From: Bacteroidetes/Chlorobi group bacterium MS-B_bin-24
Lineage (GTDB): Bacteria; Bacteroidota; Ignavibacteria; Kapaibacteriales; UBA2268
Direction: 5' to 3'
NCBI GenBank assembly: GCA_003731685.1
Contig: RCNO01000003.1
Coordinates: 6,780-70,779 of the forward strand
Length of the DNA stretch: 64,000 nt
Part shown: positions 22,563-31,815 of the stretch, piece by piece
Numbering within the stretch: position 1 is the stretch's first letter
How the letters are laid out: each line of letters begins with the position of its first letter
Made by a program: the position numbers and the translations under genes
Notes under the pieces: generated by a model
The model's input: the letters and a program-made list of their open reading frames with translations, nothing else
Told to the model about the DNA's origin: nothing
Databases searched by the model: none

Positions 22563-23222
22563 ATGGCAAAGGCAACAACAAAGAAAAAAGTTCAACCGCA
22601 GGCAGTAGCCTCGAAAAAAGTTGAGTTTAAACCCGAGGGGAAACGATTAGAAGATGTAAAGGATAAGGAAATTCCGGTACCTCGGTTGTATGAGTATTAC
22701 AAGAATACTATTATACCAAATTTGATGAAGAAGTTCGGTTATAAATCGCCGATGCAAGTGCCGCGATTGGAGAAAATCGTGCTTAATATGGGCGTGGGAA
22801 GTGCAACACAAGACCAGCGGCATCTTTTGAATGCAATTAATGAACTCGAATTAATTGCTGGGCAAAGGCCTGCGATTTCGAAGGCGAAGAAATCTATTTC
22901 GAACTTTAAATTGCGTGCTGGCGTTCCAATCGGTTGTTTTGTAACCTTGCGTCGGCAAAGGATGTATGAATTTTTAGACCGATTCATCAATATTGCTGCA
23001 CCGCGAATTCGAGACTTTCGCGGATTTTCGGATAAGAGTTTTGATGGTCACGGGAACTATTCTGTTGGTATCAAAGAGCAGATTATTTTCCCTGAAATTG
23101 ATGTTGATAAAGTTTCGAGGATTTCGGGTTTGGATATAACTTTTGTTATTCGCTCGAAATCCGATGAGGAATCGTATGCACTTTTGCAAGAGTTTGGTTT
23201 TCCATTCCAAAGAAAGGAATAA
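22563..23222 (+). CDS. rplE: 50S ribosomal protein L5 (possible about 40-aa basic N-terminal extension)
   Basis: The L5 core starts around [42 protein letters not shown] 22563 follows AAGGA. An alternative TTG at 22686 would give a standard-length protein. Confidence 0.9.
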   Translation: MAKATTKKKVQPQAVASKKVEFKPEGKRLEDVKDKEIPVPRLYEYYKNTIIPNLMKKFGYKSPMQVPRLEKIVLNMGVGSATQDQRHLLNAINELELIAGQRPAISKAKKSISNFKLRAGVPIGCFVTLRRQRMYEFLDRFINIAAPRIRDFRGFSDKSFDGHGNYSVGIKEQIIFPEIDVDKVSRISGLDITFVIRSKSDEESYALLQEFGFPFQRKE

Positions 23223-23225
23223 GAT

Positions 23226-23495
23226 ATGGCAACAAAGGCAGTAATTGCAAGGAACTTGAAGAGGATTAAACTGGTCGAAAAATACCGAGAAAAACGACAG
23301 GCTTTGAAAGAAGCTGGCGATTATGTTGGGTTACAGAAATTGCCCAAAAATAGTTGCCCTGTTCGTGTGCGAAATCGATGTAGGGTAACTGGACGCGGTC
23401 GTGGTGTTTATCGAAAATTTATGCTTTGCCGAAACGTGCTTCGGCAAATGGCACTTGAAGGGAAAATTCCCGGGATGAGAAAAGCAAGTTGGTAA
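23226..23495 (+). CDS. rpsN: 30S ribosomal protein S14 (89-aa long form)
   Basis: S14-like ([31 protein letters not shown]...IPGMRKASW). It lies between rplE and rpsH. Confidence 0.94.
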   Translation: MATKAVIARNLKRIKLVEKYREKRQALKEAGDYVGLQKLPKNSCPVRVRNRCRVTGRGRGVYRKFMLCRNVLRQMALEGKIPGMRKASW

Positions 23496-23515
23496 TTAAT
23501 TAATTTAAGGATAGA

Positions 23516-23917
23516 TTGAGTATGCCAGTAACAGATGTAATAGCGGATTTTTTAACAAGGATAAGGAATGCTGGTCGTGCCCGGCACAACGAAGTCTTGG
23601 TTCCTTTTTCAAAGATGAAATGGGCAATTTGCCAGATATTAAAGGACCAAGGTTATATCGAAGATTTCGAGAAATTGGACGATAATGTGCAGGGTACAAT
23701 AAGGATTAAATTGAAGTATTACAATCGGCAGCCTGTGATTCGAGAAATTAAGAGGGTAAGTAAGCCGGGGCGAAGAATTTATGTTGGAGCAAAAGAAATT
23801 CCACGAGTGAAAAATGGACTTGGGATTGCTGTTGTATCGACCTCGAGAGGAATAATGACCGATAAGATGGCGCGAAAGTTGAATATTGGTGGTGAATTGC
23901 TTTTTACAATTTGGTAA
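23516..23917 (+). CDS. rpsH: 30S ribosomal protein S8
   Basis: MSMPVTDVIADFLTRIRNA resembles the E. coli S8 N-terminus. The start is TTG 23516 (AAGGA 5 nt upstream) or ATG 23522. Confidence 0.94.
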   Translation: MSMPVTDVIADFLTRIRNAGRARHNEVLVPFSKMKWAICQILKDQGYIEDFEKLDDNVQGTIRIKLKYYNRQPVIREIKRVSKPGRRIYVGAKEIPRVKNGLGIAVVSTSRGIMTDKMARKLNIGGELLFTIW

Positions 23918-23935
23918 TATAAGGGGAGACGAGCC

Positions 23936-24475
23936 GTGTCTAGAATAGGGAAAAAACCAATAGAAATACCAAAAGATGTGCAGGTGGAATTTAAGGACCG
24001 CACGTTAATTGTTCGTGGTCCCAAAGGTGAACTTTCTTTTACTATTCCCAACGGAATTGAATATAGCTATCAAAACCAAACGCTAACATTTTCGCGGACC
24101 GATGATGACAAAAAGGTTCGAGCTGCGCATGGTCTAACTCGAGCGATAGTAAACAATATGGTGCAAGGTGTTCGCGAAGGATTCGCAAAGACATTGCAAA
24201 TCGAGGGTATCGGTTATAAAGCTGAAATGAAGGGAAAGAGCTTGATGTTGACGCTTGGTTATTCGCATCCAATTTTGTTTATTCCGCCCGATGGGATAAC
24301 GATTGAATCACCGAATCCCACTACGATTGTTGTCAAAGGAATCGACAAGCAAGTCGTTGGAGAAGTAGCCGCAAAGATTCGAATGCTTCGACCACCGGAA
24401 CCTTACAAGGGTAAAGGGATTCGATATCTTGGTGAGTATGTCCGTCGTAAGCCAGGTAAATCGGCTTCAAAATAA
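23936..24475 (+). CDS. rplF: 50S ribosomal protein L6
   Basis: GTG start. SRIGKKPIEIPKDVQVEF... is typical L6. Conserved position. Confidence 0.95.
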   Translation: MSRIGKKPIEIPKDVQVEFKDRTLIVRGPKGELSFTIPNGIEYSYQNQTLTFSRTDDDKKVRAAHGLTRAIVNNMVQGVREGFAKTLQIEGIGYKAEMKGKSLMLTLGYSHPILFIPPDGITIESPNPTTIVVKGIDKQVVGEVAAKIRMLRPPEPYKGKGIRYLGEYVRRKPGKSASK

Positions 24476-24504
24476 AATGTTTAAATTAAGGAAGTAGGTT
24501 TTCA

Positions 24505-24876
24505 ATGAACAGACTTGAATTAAAGAAGGTAAGAAGGGAAAGGCGAAAACTTCGAGTAAGGAAAAAAATAATTGGAACAGCCGAAAGGCCCAGATTGAGT
24601 GTGTATCGCAGTCTGAAACACATATATGCACAGATTATTAATGATGAGCTTGGTCATACTTTGGTTGCCTGTTCAACGCTGGACAAGGAAGTGCGAAGCC
24701 AAATCACCGAAGGAATGAGCAAGGTCGAACAGGCGAAAATTGTTGGCAAAGTATTGGGCGAGCGTGCTTTGAAGGCTGGGATTCAAGCTATTGCATTCGA
24801 CCGAAATGGATTTCTTTATCACGGGCGTGTCCGAGCACTTGCCGAGGGCGCCCGAGAAGCTGGATTAAAATTTTAG
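24505..24876 (+). CDS. rplR: 50S ribosomal protein L18
   Basis: 123 aa, L18-like ([21 protein letters not shown]...[26 protein letters not shown]). Confidence 0.95.
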   Translation: MNRLELKKVRRERRKLRVRKKIIGTAERPRLSVYRSLKHIYAQIINDELGHTLVACSTLDKEVRSQITEGMSKVEQAKIVGKVLGERALKAGIQAIAFDRNGFLYHGRVRALAEGAREAGLKF

Positions 24877-24897
24877 TAAAACAAGGTTTTTTAAGAT

Positions 24898-25401
24898 ATG
24901 GGAAAAATTAAGGCATCGGAATTAGAATTAAAAGAAAAACTTGTTTATGTTGGAAGAACGGCGAAAGTTGTCAAAGGTGGACGCCGATTTGGATTTACCG
25001 CTATCGTTGTCGTTGGCGATTACAATGGTCACGTTGGTGTTGGAATGGGTAAAGCAGCCGAGGTAATTGATGCGGTCAACAAAGCCACCGAGGCGGCAAA
25101 GAAAAGCGTGGTTAAGGTAAGCTTGAACAACAACACTGTTCCCCACGAAGTTATCAGCAAGTATGGAGCAGCGAAGGTTTTGATTCGACCTGCGTCCCCC
25201 GGAACTGGTGTTATTGCCGCTGGTGGAATTCGTGCTGTTTTGGAACTTGCCGGCGTCAAGGATGTGTTGACTAAAAGCCTCGGTTCTTCGAATCCCCATA
25301 ATACCACAAAGGCAACTTTGAAGGCGCTGATGATGATGGAAGATATAGGACAAGTAGCAGCTCGGCGAGGTATTTCACCACCAAAAGTTCTTTTCGGTTA
25401 A
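24898..25401 (+). CDS. rpsE: 30S ribosomal protein S5
   Basis: 167 aa, S5-like ([38 protein letters not shown]). Confidence 0.96.
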   Translation: MGKIKASELELKEKLVYVGRTAKVVKGGRRFGFTAIVVVGDYNGHVGVGMGKAAEVIDAVNKATEAAKKSVVKVSLNNNTVPHEVISKYGAAKVLIRPASPGTGVIAAGGIRAVLELAGVKDVLTKSLGSSNPHNTTKATLKALMMMEDIGQVAARRGISPPKVLFG

Positions 25402-25413
25402 TGTGGAGTTGTT

Positions 25414-25605
25414 ATGAAAAAACTAAAGGTTACACAGATAAGAAGCATAATTAAGACAAATAAGAAGCAAAAAAGGACTATCGAGGCTCTTGGGCTTGGC
25501 AGGCCAAATTACTGGAATATCCTGCCCGATAATCCTCAAACTTGGGGTATGATAAAGGTTGTTCAACATTTGGTCAAAGTCGAAGAAATTGAAGTTAATG
25601 AATAA
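25414..25605 (+). CDS. rpmD: 50S ribosomal protein L30
   Basis: 63 aa, L30-like (KLKVTQIRSIIKTNKKQKRTIEALGLGR). It lies between rpsE and rplO. Confidence 0.9.
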   Translation: MKKLKVTQIRSIIKTNKKQKRTIEALGLGRPNYWNILPDNPQTWGMIKVVQHLVKVEEIEVNE

Positions 25606-25613
25606 GGTGTGAA

Positions 25614-26075
25614 ATGAAACATATTGGAAATTTACAACCAGCAGCCGGTTCGAAACATAAAGATAAGAGAATAGGCCGAGGACCCGGCTCTGGTCACGGT
25701 GGAAGTGCTACTCGCGGAACCAAAGGGCATCAATCCCGAAGTGGATACCACCGCAAATTGGCTTTCGAAGGCGGGCAGATGCCATTGATTCGACGAATCC
25801 CAAAATTTGGCTTTAACAATCGAAATCGTGTTGAATATCAAGTTGTGAACCTTGCGACGATACAAGATTTTATCGACCGTGGTAAAATTACATCCGATGA
25901 AATCGATGTCGATTTGATGTTCCAAGTGGGTTTGATTGGGAAGAAGAATCAGCCAGTCAAAATTTTGGGCGATGGGAATATTGCGAAACCAATAACAATT
26001 AAAGCCCATAAATTTTCTAAATCTGCTGTAGAAAAAATTGAATCAGTTGGAGGTAAGATAGCACAATATGAGTAA
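25614..26075 (+). CDS. rplO: 50S ribosomal protein L15
   Basis: 153 aa with a Gly/Arg-rich N-terminus (GRGPGSGHGGSATRGTKGHQSRSG) typical of L15. It precedes secY. Confidence 0.94.
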   Translation: MKHIGNLQPAAGSKHKDKRIGRGPGSGHGGSATRGTKGHQSRSGYHRKLAFEGGQMPLIRRIPKFGFNNRNRVEYQVVNLATIQDFIDRGKITSDEIDVDLMFQVGLIGKKNQPVKILGDGNIAKPITIKAHKFSKSAVEKIESVGGKIAQYE

Positions 26076-27417
26076 GTTTGTTCAAACATTTCAAAATATT
26101 TGGAAAATTGAAGAGCTCCGGCAAAGGCTTCTGTTCACTCTTTTTGCAATAATAGTAGCTCGAATTGGAGCTCACATTACTTTGCCCGGAGTCGATTTTC
26201 AAGTCCTATCTGCTTTCAACAAAGGTGCGGCACAGGATTTATTTGGGTTGTTCGACTTTTTCGTTGGTGGGGCATTTTCGAATGCTGCAATTTTTGCATT
26301 AGGTGTGATGCCCTACATTACTGCCTCGATTATTATGCAGTTGGCTGGAATTGTGATTCCCGAAATACAGAAAATGCAGAAAGAAGGCGAAGAAGGTCGA
26401 AGGAAAATCAATCAATACACTAGAATTCTGACGGTTCCAATCTGTGCTTTACAATCTTGGGGAATGGGTGTCCGACTTGTAAATATGGAGGCAAATGGAA
26501 TCCCGGTTGTTCCCCACTCGGGATTTTTCTTTTTCCTCTCGACAATTGTGCTTCTAACCGCTGGAACAATGTTTTTGATGTGGCTTGGCGAGCAAATAAC
26601 CGAAAAAGGGATTGGGAACGGAATTTCTTTATTGATTTTCATCGGTATAGTTGCTCGGTTCCCCGACGCTCTTTATCAGGAATTTTCGCAGGTCTTCACT
26701 CTTGGCGAACGCCCCTGGCCTGTTGAAATTATTATTTTGACATTCTGGGTGGCTATCGTTGCTTCGATTATTTTTATTTCGCAAGGAGCCCGTCGGATTC
26801 CTGTGCAATATGCAAAGCGACAGGTTGGTCGAAAAATATATGGTGGAACGACTCAATATATTCCACTTCGTGTTATCACTGCCGGGGTGATGCCAATCAT
26901 TTTTGCCCAATCGATTATTTTTATTCCCCAAACAATTTTCAACTTTTTCCCGACAAGTCAGTGGCTGCATACTATTGTGGTTGCTTTTAGCGAGCGGTCT
27001 TTTGTTTATGCAATTTTGTATGCCGGTTTAGTTATTTTATTCACTTATTTCTATACCGCTGTTATTTTCAACCCTCGTGATATTGCAGATAATATGAAGA
27101 AGCAGGGCGGGTTCATCCCCGGAATTCGACCCGGACAGCAAACCGCTGAATACATAGATTCTGTTCTTACGAAAATTACTTTGCCCGGTTCGATATTTCT
27201 GGCTTTAATCGCTGTAATTCCAACTTTTGCAATTCATGTTCTTGGTGTGACCACTTCGTTTGCTTCGTTCTTCGGTGGAACTTCGATTTTAATCGTTGTG
27301 GGAGTAATTCTGGATACTCTACAACAGATTGAATCGTTCTTGCTAATGCGCCATTACGATGGCTTTATGAAGAGCGGTAAGATTCGTGGTCGTGCTGGTG
27401 CTATTGGAGGTATTTAA
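26068..27417 (+). CDS. secY: Preprotein translocase subunit SecY
   Basis: 449-aa multi-pass membrane protein with SecY blocks (FALGVMPYITASIIMQL, GISLLIFIGIV). It overlaps the rplO end by 8 nt. Confidence 0.96.
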   Translation: MSKFVQTFQNIWKIEELRQRLLFTLFAIIVARIGAHITLPGVDFQVLSAFNKGAAQDLFGLFDFFVGGAFSNAAIFALGVMPYITASIIMQLAGIVIPEIQKMQKEGEEGRRKINQYTRILTVPICALQSWGMGVRLVNMEANGIPVVPHSGFFFFLSTIVLLTAGTMFLMWLGEQITEKGIGNGISLLIFIGIVARFPDALYQEFSQVFTLGERPWPVEIIILTFWVAIVASIIFISQGARRIPVQYAKRQVGRKIYGGTTQYIPLRVITAGVMPIIFAQSIIFIPQTIFNFFPTSQWLHTIVVAFSERSFVYAILYAGLVILFTYFYTAVIFNPRDIADNMKKQGGFIPGIRPGQQTAEYIDSVLTKITLPGSIFLALIAVIPTFAIHVLGVTTSFASFFGGTSILIVVGVILDTLQQIESFLLMRHYDGFMKSGKIRGRAGAIGGI

Positions 27418-28235
27418 TGAGGAAATCCGACAAAAAGGTTCAACCGAGTAATGTTAATTTCTCTTTGGTCAAGACGGCTGAAGAGATTAAACTTATTGAG
27501 AGAGCCTGTCGGATTGTTGCCGAGACTTTAGGTCTTTTGGAAAAGTATGTAAAACCGGGTGTCGAAACCATTGAATTGGACAAGATTGCCGAGGATTATA
27601 TACTTTCGCACGATGCTTTACCAGCTTTCAAAGGCTACCGTGTCGAAAATAAAGAGTATCCATTTACTTTGTGTATATCAATCGATGATGAGGTGGTCCA
27701 CGGTTTGCCGGGCAATCGAAAATTGAAAGAGGGCGAAATTGTTTCGTTGGATTGCGGGGTCCGTAAGGAAGGATATTACGGCGATAGTGCTGTTACGTAT
27801 CCTGTCGGTCAAATAAACGAAGAGAAAGAGCGTCTATTAAAAGTTACCCAGCGTGCATTGGAACTCGGAATCGAAGCTGCGATTGATGGGAACAAGGTTT
27901 ACGATATTTCTCGTGCAATTCAAACTTTTGTCGAGGCAAACGGATTTTCGGTGAACAGGGAATTGGTGGGACATGGCATTGGGAAGCGGCTCCACGAGGA
28001 ACCGGCGATACCAAATTTCGTTCCACCTTTGCTGGCAAGGAGGCAATATCCGAACCTGAAATTGCTCGAAAATATGACACTGGCAATTGAACCGATGGTA
28101 AACGCTGGAGAATACAAGGTAAAAACCAAAGAAGATGGTTGGACTGTTGTTACAGCCGATGGGAAACCTTCGGCACATTTTGAACATACAATTGTTGTTA
28201 CAAAAGATAAGCCAATAGTATTAACATATAGATAG
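27417..28235 (+). CDS. map: Type I methionine aminopeptidase
   Basis: 272 aa with MetAP blocks carrying the metal ligands (VVHGLPG, LDCG, GDSAVTY, VGHGIG, LAIEPM, HFEHTIV). TAATG overlap with the secY stop. There is no adk between secY and map. Confidence 0.94.
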   Translation: MRKSDKKVQPSNVNFSLVKTAEEIKLIERACRIVAETLGLLEKYVKPGVETIELDKIAEDYILSHDALPAFKGYRVENKEYPFTLCISIDDEVVHGLPGNRKLKEGEIVSLDCGVRKEGYYGDSAVTYPVGQINEEKERLLKVTQRALELGIEAAIDGNKVYDISRAIQTFVEANGFSVNRELVGHGIGKRLHEEPAIPNFVPPLLARRQYPNLKLLENMTLAIEPMVNAGEYKVKTKEDGWTVVTADGKPSAHFEHTIVVTKDKPIVLTYR

Positions 28236-28244
28236 AAAGAGAAT

Positions 28245-28463
28245 ATGGCAAAGCAAGGAATGATACAAATGGACGGTATAATTGAGGAAGCCCTTCCGAA
28301 TACTCAATTTATCGTTCGTTTCGAGAATGGGCACAAAGTCCTTGCTCATATTGCCGGCAAAATGCGAATGAATTACATTAAAATTTTGCAGGGGGATAAG
28401 GTTCGAGTTGAAATATCTCCCTACGATTTGACCAAGGGCAGAATAATTTATAGGTACAAATAA
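28245..28463 (+). CDS. infA: Translation initiation factor IF-1
   Basis: 72 aa, S1-like IF-1 ([62 protein letters not shown]). Confidence 0.96.
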   Translation: MAKQGMIQMDGIIEEALPNTQFIVRFENGHKVLAHIAGKMRMNYIKILQGDKVRVEISPYDLTKGRIIYRYK

Positions 28464-28475
28464 TAGAGGTGGATT

Positions 28476-28592
28476 ATGAAGGTTAGGGCTTCTGTTAAGA
28501 AACGCTCTCCGGAGGATAAAATAGTCCGGAGGAAAGGGAGAATTTATATTATCAATAAAAAGAATCCAAGATATAAGCAACGACAAGGATAA
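28476..28592 (+). CDS. rpmJ: 50S ribosomal protein L36 (Cys-free form), not in supplied ORF track
   Basis: My manual translation of ATG 28476 to TAA 28590-28592 gives [38 protein letters not shown] (38 aa). It sits in the expected slot between infA and rpsM, and GAGG lies 6 nt upstream. Confidence 0.9.
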   Translation: MKVRASVKKRSPEDKIVRRKGRIYIINKKNPRYKQRQG

Positions 28593-28605
28593 AAGGGAGG
28601 AGTAG

Positions 28606-28986
28606 ATGGCAAGAATAGCAGGTGTAGATTTACCAAAGAATAAGCGTGGATTTGTTGGGCTAACTTATATCTATGGAGTTGGAAGAACAACTGCAAAAGA
28701 AATTCTATCGAAGGCTGGTGTCGATGAGTTTAAAAAAGTTGGAGAATGGACCGATGAAGAAATAGCCCGTATCCGACAGGTTATTCAGGATTACAAAGTC
28801 GAAGGGCAGCTTCGTAGCGAAGTGCAGATGAATATCAAAAGATTGATGGACATCGGTTGCTATCGCGGATTCCGACATCGCCGAGGATTGCCCGTGCGCG
28901 GTCAAAGAACTCGAACAAATGCCCGCACTCGAAAAGGACGAAGAAAAACCATTGCTGGAAAGAAGAAAGCGGTTGGAAAGAAATAG
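28606..28986 (+). CDS. rpsM: 30S ribosomal protein S13
   Basis: [14 protein letters not shown]... is the canonical S13 N-terminus. 126 aa. Confidence 0.96.
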   Translation: MARIAGVDLPKNKRGFVGLTYIYGVGRTTAKEILSKAGVDEFKKVGEWTDEEIARIRQVIQDYKVEGQLRSEVQMNIKRLMDIGCYRGFRHRRGLPVRGQRTRTNARTRKGRRKTIAGKKKAVGKK

Positions 28987-29014
28987 TTTTTGTAATATTA
29001 ATTAGTGGAAGAAA

Positions 29015-29401
29015 ATGGCAACTCAAAAACGAAAGACAAAGAAAAAGCAAGTTACCGAGATACACGGTAAAGCCTATATCCTTGCTACTTTTAACAATAC
29101 TATTGTAACTATAACCGATATGTATGGCAATACATTATGCTGGTCATCGGCAGGGAAGAGTGGATTTCGTGGCTCCAAAAAAAGTACGCCCTATGCTGCT
29201 CAGATAGCCGCCGAGAAAGCAGCAAAAGAAGCATACGATATGGGCTTGCGGAAGGTTGATGTTATTGTAAAAGGTCCCGGTAGTGGACGCGAAGCAGCCA
29301 TTCGAGCTCTTGCAACTGCTGGTTTGGAAATTCACAGCATTTTGGATAAAACTCCTATTCCCCATAATGGTTGCCGTCCACCAAAACGGCGGCGTGTTTA
29401 A
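29015..29401 (+). CDS. rpsK: 30S ribosomal protein S11
   Basis: 128 aa, S11-like ([42 protein letters not shown]...[16 protein letters not shown]). Confidence 0.96.
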   Translation: MATQKRKTKKKQVTEIHGKAYILATFNNTIVTITDMYGNTLCWSSAGKSGFRGSKKSTPYAAQIAAEKAAKEAYDMGLRKVDVIVKGPGSGREAAIRALATAGLEIHSILDKTPIPHNGCRPPKRRRV

Positions 29402-29437
29402 TTGCTAATTAGTTAAGTTGAATAAATTTGGTTTAAA

Positions 29438-30475
29438 ATGTTAGATATCGATTTGTTTTTGCTTCTTCAAATGCCCGATATGGTCATTATCGAGGAGACA
29501 AGCGACCCTAATAATACTCGCTTTATTTTGCAACCACTCGAAAAAGGTTACGGCGTTACGATTGGTAATTCTTTCCGTCGCGTCTTGATTTCTACTGTCC
29601 CCGGCTATGCTATTATTGGGGTGAAATTTACTGATGTGCTCCACGAATTCCAAAATATTCCCGGGGTGCTCGAAGATGTTACCGATATTATTATGAATTT
29701 GAAGCAGGTTCGAATTCGAGCAACCGAAGGTAAACCGTTCAAGGTAAATCTCCATTTGAAAGGACCTTATACTTGGACGGCAAAGGACATACAGCGGAGC
29801 TCTGCACTGCTGGAAGTCACTAATCCTGACCTCCATATTGCAAGTCTTGCCGAAGATGCTGAGTTCGATGTTGAACTCCGAATTGGATTCGGCAAAGGCT
29901 ATATCCCAGCCGAGGAGCATCCTTTGGTAGATTATCCAATTGGGATGCTTCCAATTGATGCTATTTATACCCCAATAAAAAATGTTATTTACACAGTTGA
30001 ACCGCATCGGGTTGGTCAAAAAACTGACTACGAAAGACTGATTTTAGATGTATTGACCGATGGTACTATTACCCCAGCCGAGGCGGTTCAATTTGCTGCC
30101 AAAGTTTTATCGGAGCATATACAGTATTTCTTAACCTTCAAAGGTATTGAAAAACCAACCATAGTCGAAACAACTCCTGCTGATGAGACTCTTGAAAGCG
30201 AACAAGTCCGATTGCGAAGGATTTTATCGATACCCGTCGAAGATTTAGAAATAAGTGTTCGTGCATATAATTGCTTAAAGTCTAATAACATAAAGACATT
30301 GGGCGATATAGTTTCGAAAACCGAAGCGGATTTATTGAAACTGAAAAATTTTGGTCGAAAGTCGCTTAAGGAATTGGAAACGATTGTCCATCAATTTGGA
30401 CTTGAATTTGGTTTAAATTTAAGTCGCTATTTAAAATCCGAAAAATCGAACCGCTCTTTCGATTATGATTACTAA
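29438..30475 (+). CDS. rpoA: DNA-directed RNA polymerase subunit alpha
   Basis: 345 aa with an N-terminal dimerisation domain (LQPLEKGYGVTIGNSFRRVLISTVPG) and a C-terminal domain (LEISVRAYNCLKSNNIKTLGDIV). It directly follows rpsK with no rpsD in between. Confidence 0.95.
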   Translation: MLDIDLFLLLQMPDMVIIEETSDPNNTRFILQPLEKGYGVTIGNSFRRVLISTVPGYAIIGVKFTDVLHEFQNIPGVLEDVTDIIMNLKQVRIRATEGKPFKVNLHLKGPYTWTAKDIQRSSALLEVTNPDLHIASLAEDAEFDVELRIGFGKGYIPAEEHPLVDYPIGMLPIDAIYTPIKNVIYTVEPHRVGQKTDYERLILDVLTDGTITPAEAVQFAAKVLSEHIQYFLTFKGIEKPTIVETTPADETLESEQVRLRRILSIPVEDLEISVRAYNCLKSNNIKTLGDIVSKTEADLLKLKNFGRKSLKELETIVHQFGLEFGLNLSRYLKSEKSNRSFDYDY

Positions 30476-30493
30476 TTAAGATAAGGTGAGGCA

Positions 30494-31234
30494 ATGAGAC
30501 ATTTGAAAAAAGGATGGAAATTAAAAAGAACAGCTAGTCATCGTAAGGCTTTGCTAAGAAATTTAGCTATGTCTCTTTTTGAACATAAAAAGATTGTTAC
30601 AACAGTAGCCAAAGCAAAAGCATTGCGACCTTTTGTGGAAAAAATAATTACTCGAGCGAAACGAGCCGTAATTCGTGAAAAGAATGGACAACTACCCGAA
30701 GGAATGAAATATGACATTCATTCGCGTCGATTAGTTGCAAGCCTGATTCCCAACAAAGCAATTGTCCAAGAGCTTTTCGATACAATTGCACCAACTGTTT
30801 TGGACAGACCCGGAGGCTATACCCGAATTGTTAAATTGGGCTTCCGTCGTGGTGATGCAGCCGAACTCGCTGCCATTGAACTTGTTGATTGGGGAGCTCC
30901 ACAAGATGGTAATGTTTCGTTGAAGCAGAGCAAGAAGAAAGCGGCGAAAAAGACTTCGAAAGCCAAAGCCCCTGCAGAATCGAAGAAGAAGGCTGCGAAA
31001 GCTACCGAACCAGTCGCCGAGCAGACTCCCGAACCAGTTGCAGAGAAAACCGAAGCGGTAATGCCTTCGACCGAAGTTAAGGAAGAAAAACCGCAAGCCG
31101 AAGTCAGCTCGTCCTCCGAAGAATCTGCCCTTGCAGAAGAAGCCCAAACAGCAGAGGATGTTACTTCTGCTTCGGCTGAATCCGATGCTATTTCCGAAAA
31201 GCCTTCGCAAGATGAAATAAAAAGCGAAAACTAA
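30494..31234 (+). CDS. rplQ: 50S ribosomal protein L17 with about 110-aa K/A/E/P/S-rich C-terminal extension
   Basis: The N-terminal 135 aa or so is typical L17 (MRHLKKGWKLKRTASHRKALLRNLAMSLFEHKKIVTT...). The tail is low complexity (KKAAKKTSKAKAPAESKKKAAKATEPVAEQTPEPVAEK...). Confidence 0.92.
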   Translation: MRHLKKGWKLKRTASHRKALLRNLAMSLFEHKKIVTTVAKAKALRPFVEKIITRAKRAVIREKNGQLPEGMKYDIHSRRLVASLIPNKAIVQELFDTIAPTVLDRPGGYTRIVKLGFRRGDAAELAAIELVDWGAPQDGNVSLKQSKKKAAKKTSKAKAPAESKKKAAKATEPVAEQTPEPVAEKTEAVMPSTEVKEEKPQAEVSSSSEESALAEEAQTAEDVTSASAESDAISEKPSQDEIKSEN

Positions 31235-31275
31235 GAGAAGTAGCTGACATTTTTTAAATAAATAAGAGGGTTGAT

Positions 31276-31733
31276 ATGAAGAAAGCATTTATTGTTACTT
31301 TTGTAACAGTGTTTCTCTTTTTTGGTTGTGGTGGAGATAAGAGCCGAGATTCAGGTCAGAAAACTTCGGAAGCAACAACATCGGGTCTGACGCGGTTTGA
31401 GTTGGAAAATGGGATTGGACCGATAAAAGAGAAATTACAACTTGGTCCGATTGATACAAATTGGCAGCAAAAGGGGAAGAGATTTGGAAACAAAAGTGTT
31501 CTGCTTGCCACAAATTGAATGAGCGTTACATAGGACCAGCACATAGTGAGGTTCTTAAAAGACGTACCCCTGAATTCGTAATGAATATTATGTTGAACCC
31601 AGAAGAGATGCAAAAGAAACACCCCGAGGTCAAAAAGTTGCTCGCTGAATATTTATCGGTTATGCCTAACCAAAATCTTACACTTGATGATGCTCGCGCA
31701 GTTTTAGAATTTTTGAGATTATCCACCAAATAA
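31276..31733 (+). pseudogene. Lipoprotein mono-haem cytochrome c (nos-associated), interrupted by a 1-nt frameshift near 31459-31462
   Basis: ORF 31276-31518 carries the signal peptide and lipobox (LFFGC) and then ends in a nonsense tail. ORF 31461-31733, one frame back, carries the haem site CSACH and a distal Met. Inserting a single T (AAT TTG GCA) would fuse them as ...LGPIDTN-LAAKGEEIWKQKCSACH. Confidence 0.6.
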
Positions 31734-31815
31734 ATTTTTTTTATTCTAAAATCAGATTTTTTTTCTTATTATATTTTATATGGAAAATTTTTTTTTAATT
31801 TGCAATTTGGTATTT

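Noticed and set aside
30731-31288. 185-aa minus-strand ORF opposite the L17 tail
   Set aside because: It is generated by the low-complexity, GC-skewed repeat coding for the K/A/E tail. The product is an F/R/L-rich mirror sequence with no independent support.
31455-31465. Possibility that the cytochrome c frameshift is programmed (-1 ribosomal slippage)
   Set aside because: The shift window (between TGA 31452-31454 and the haem domain) contains ACAAATTGG. There is no X-XXY-YYZ slippery heptamer and no obvious downstream stimulatory structure. A mutation or sequencing error is more parsimonious.
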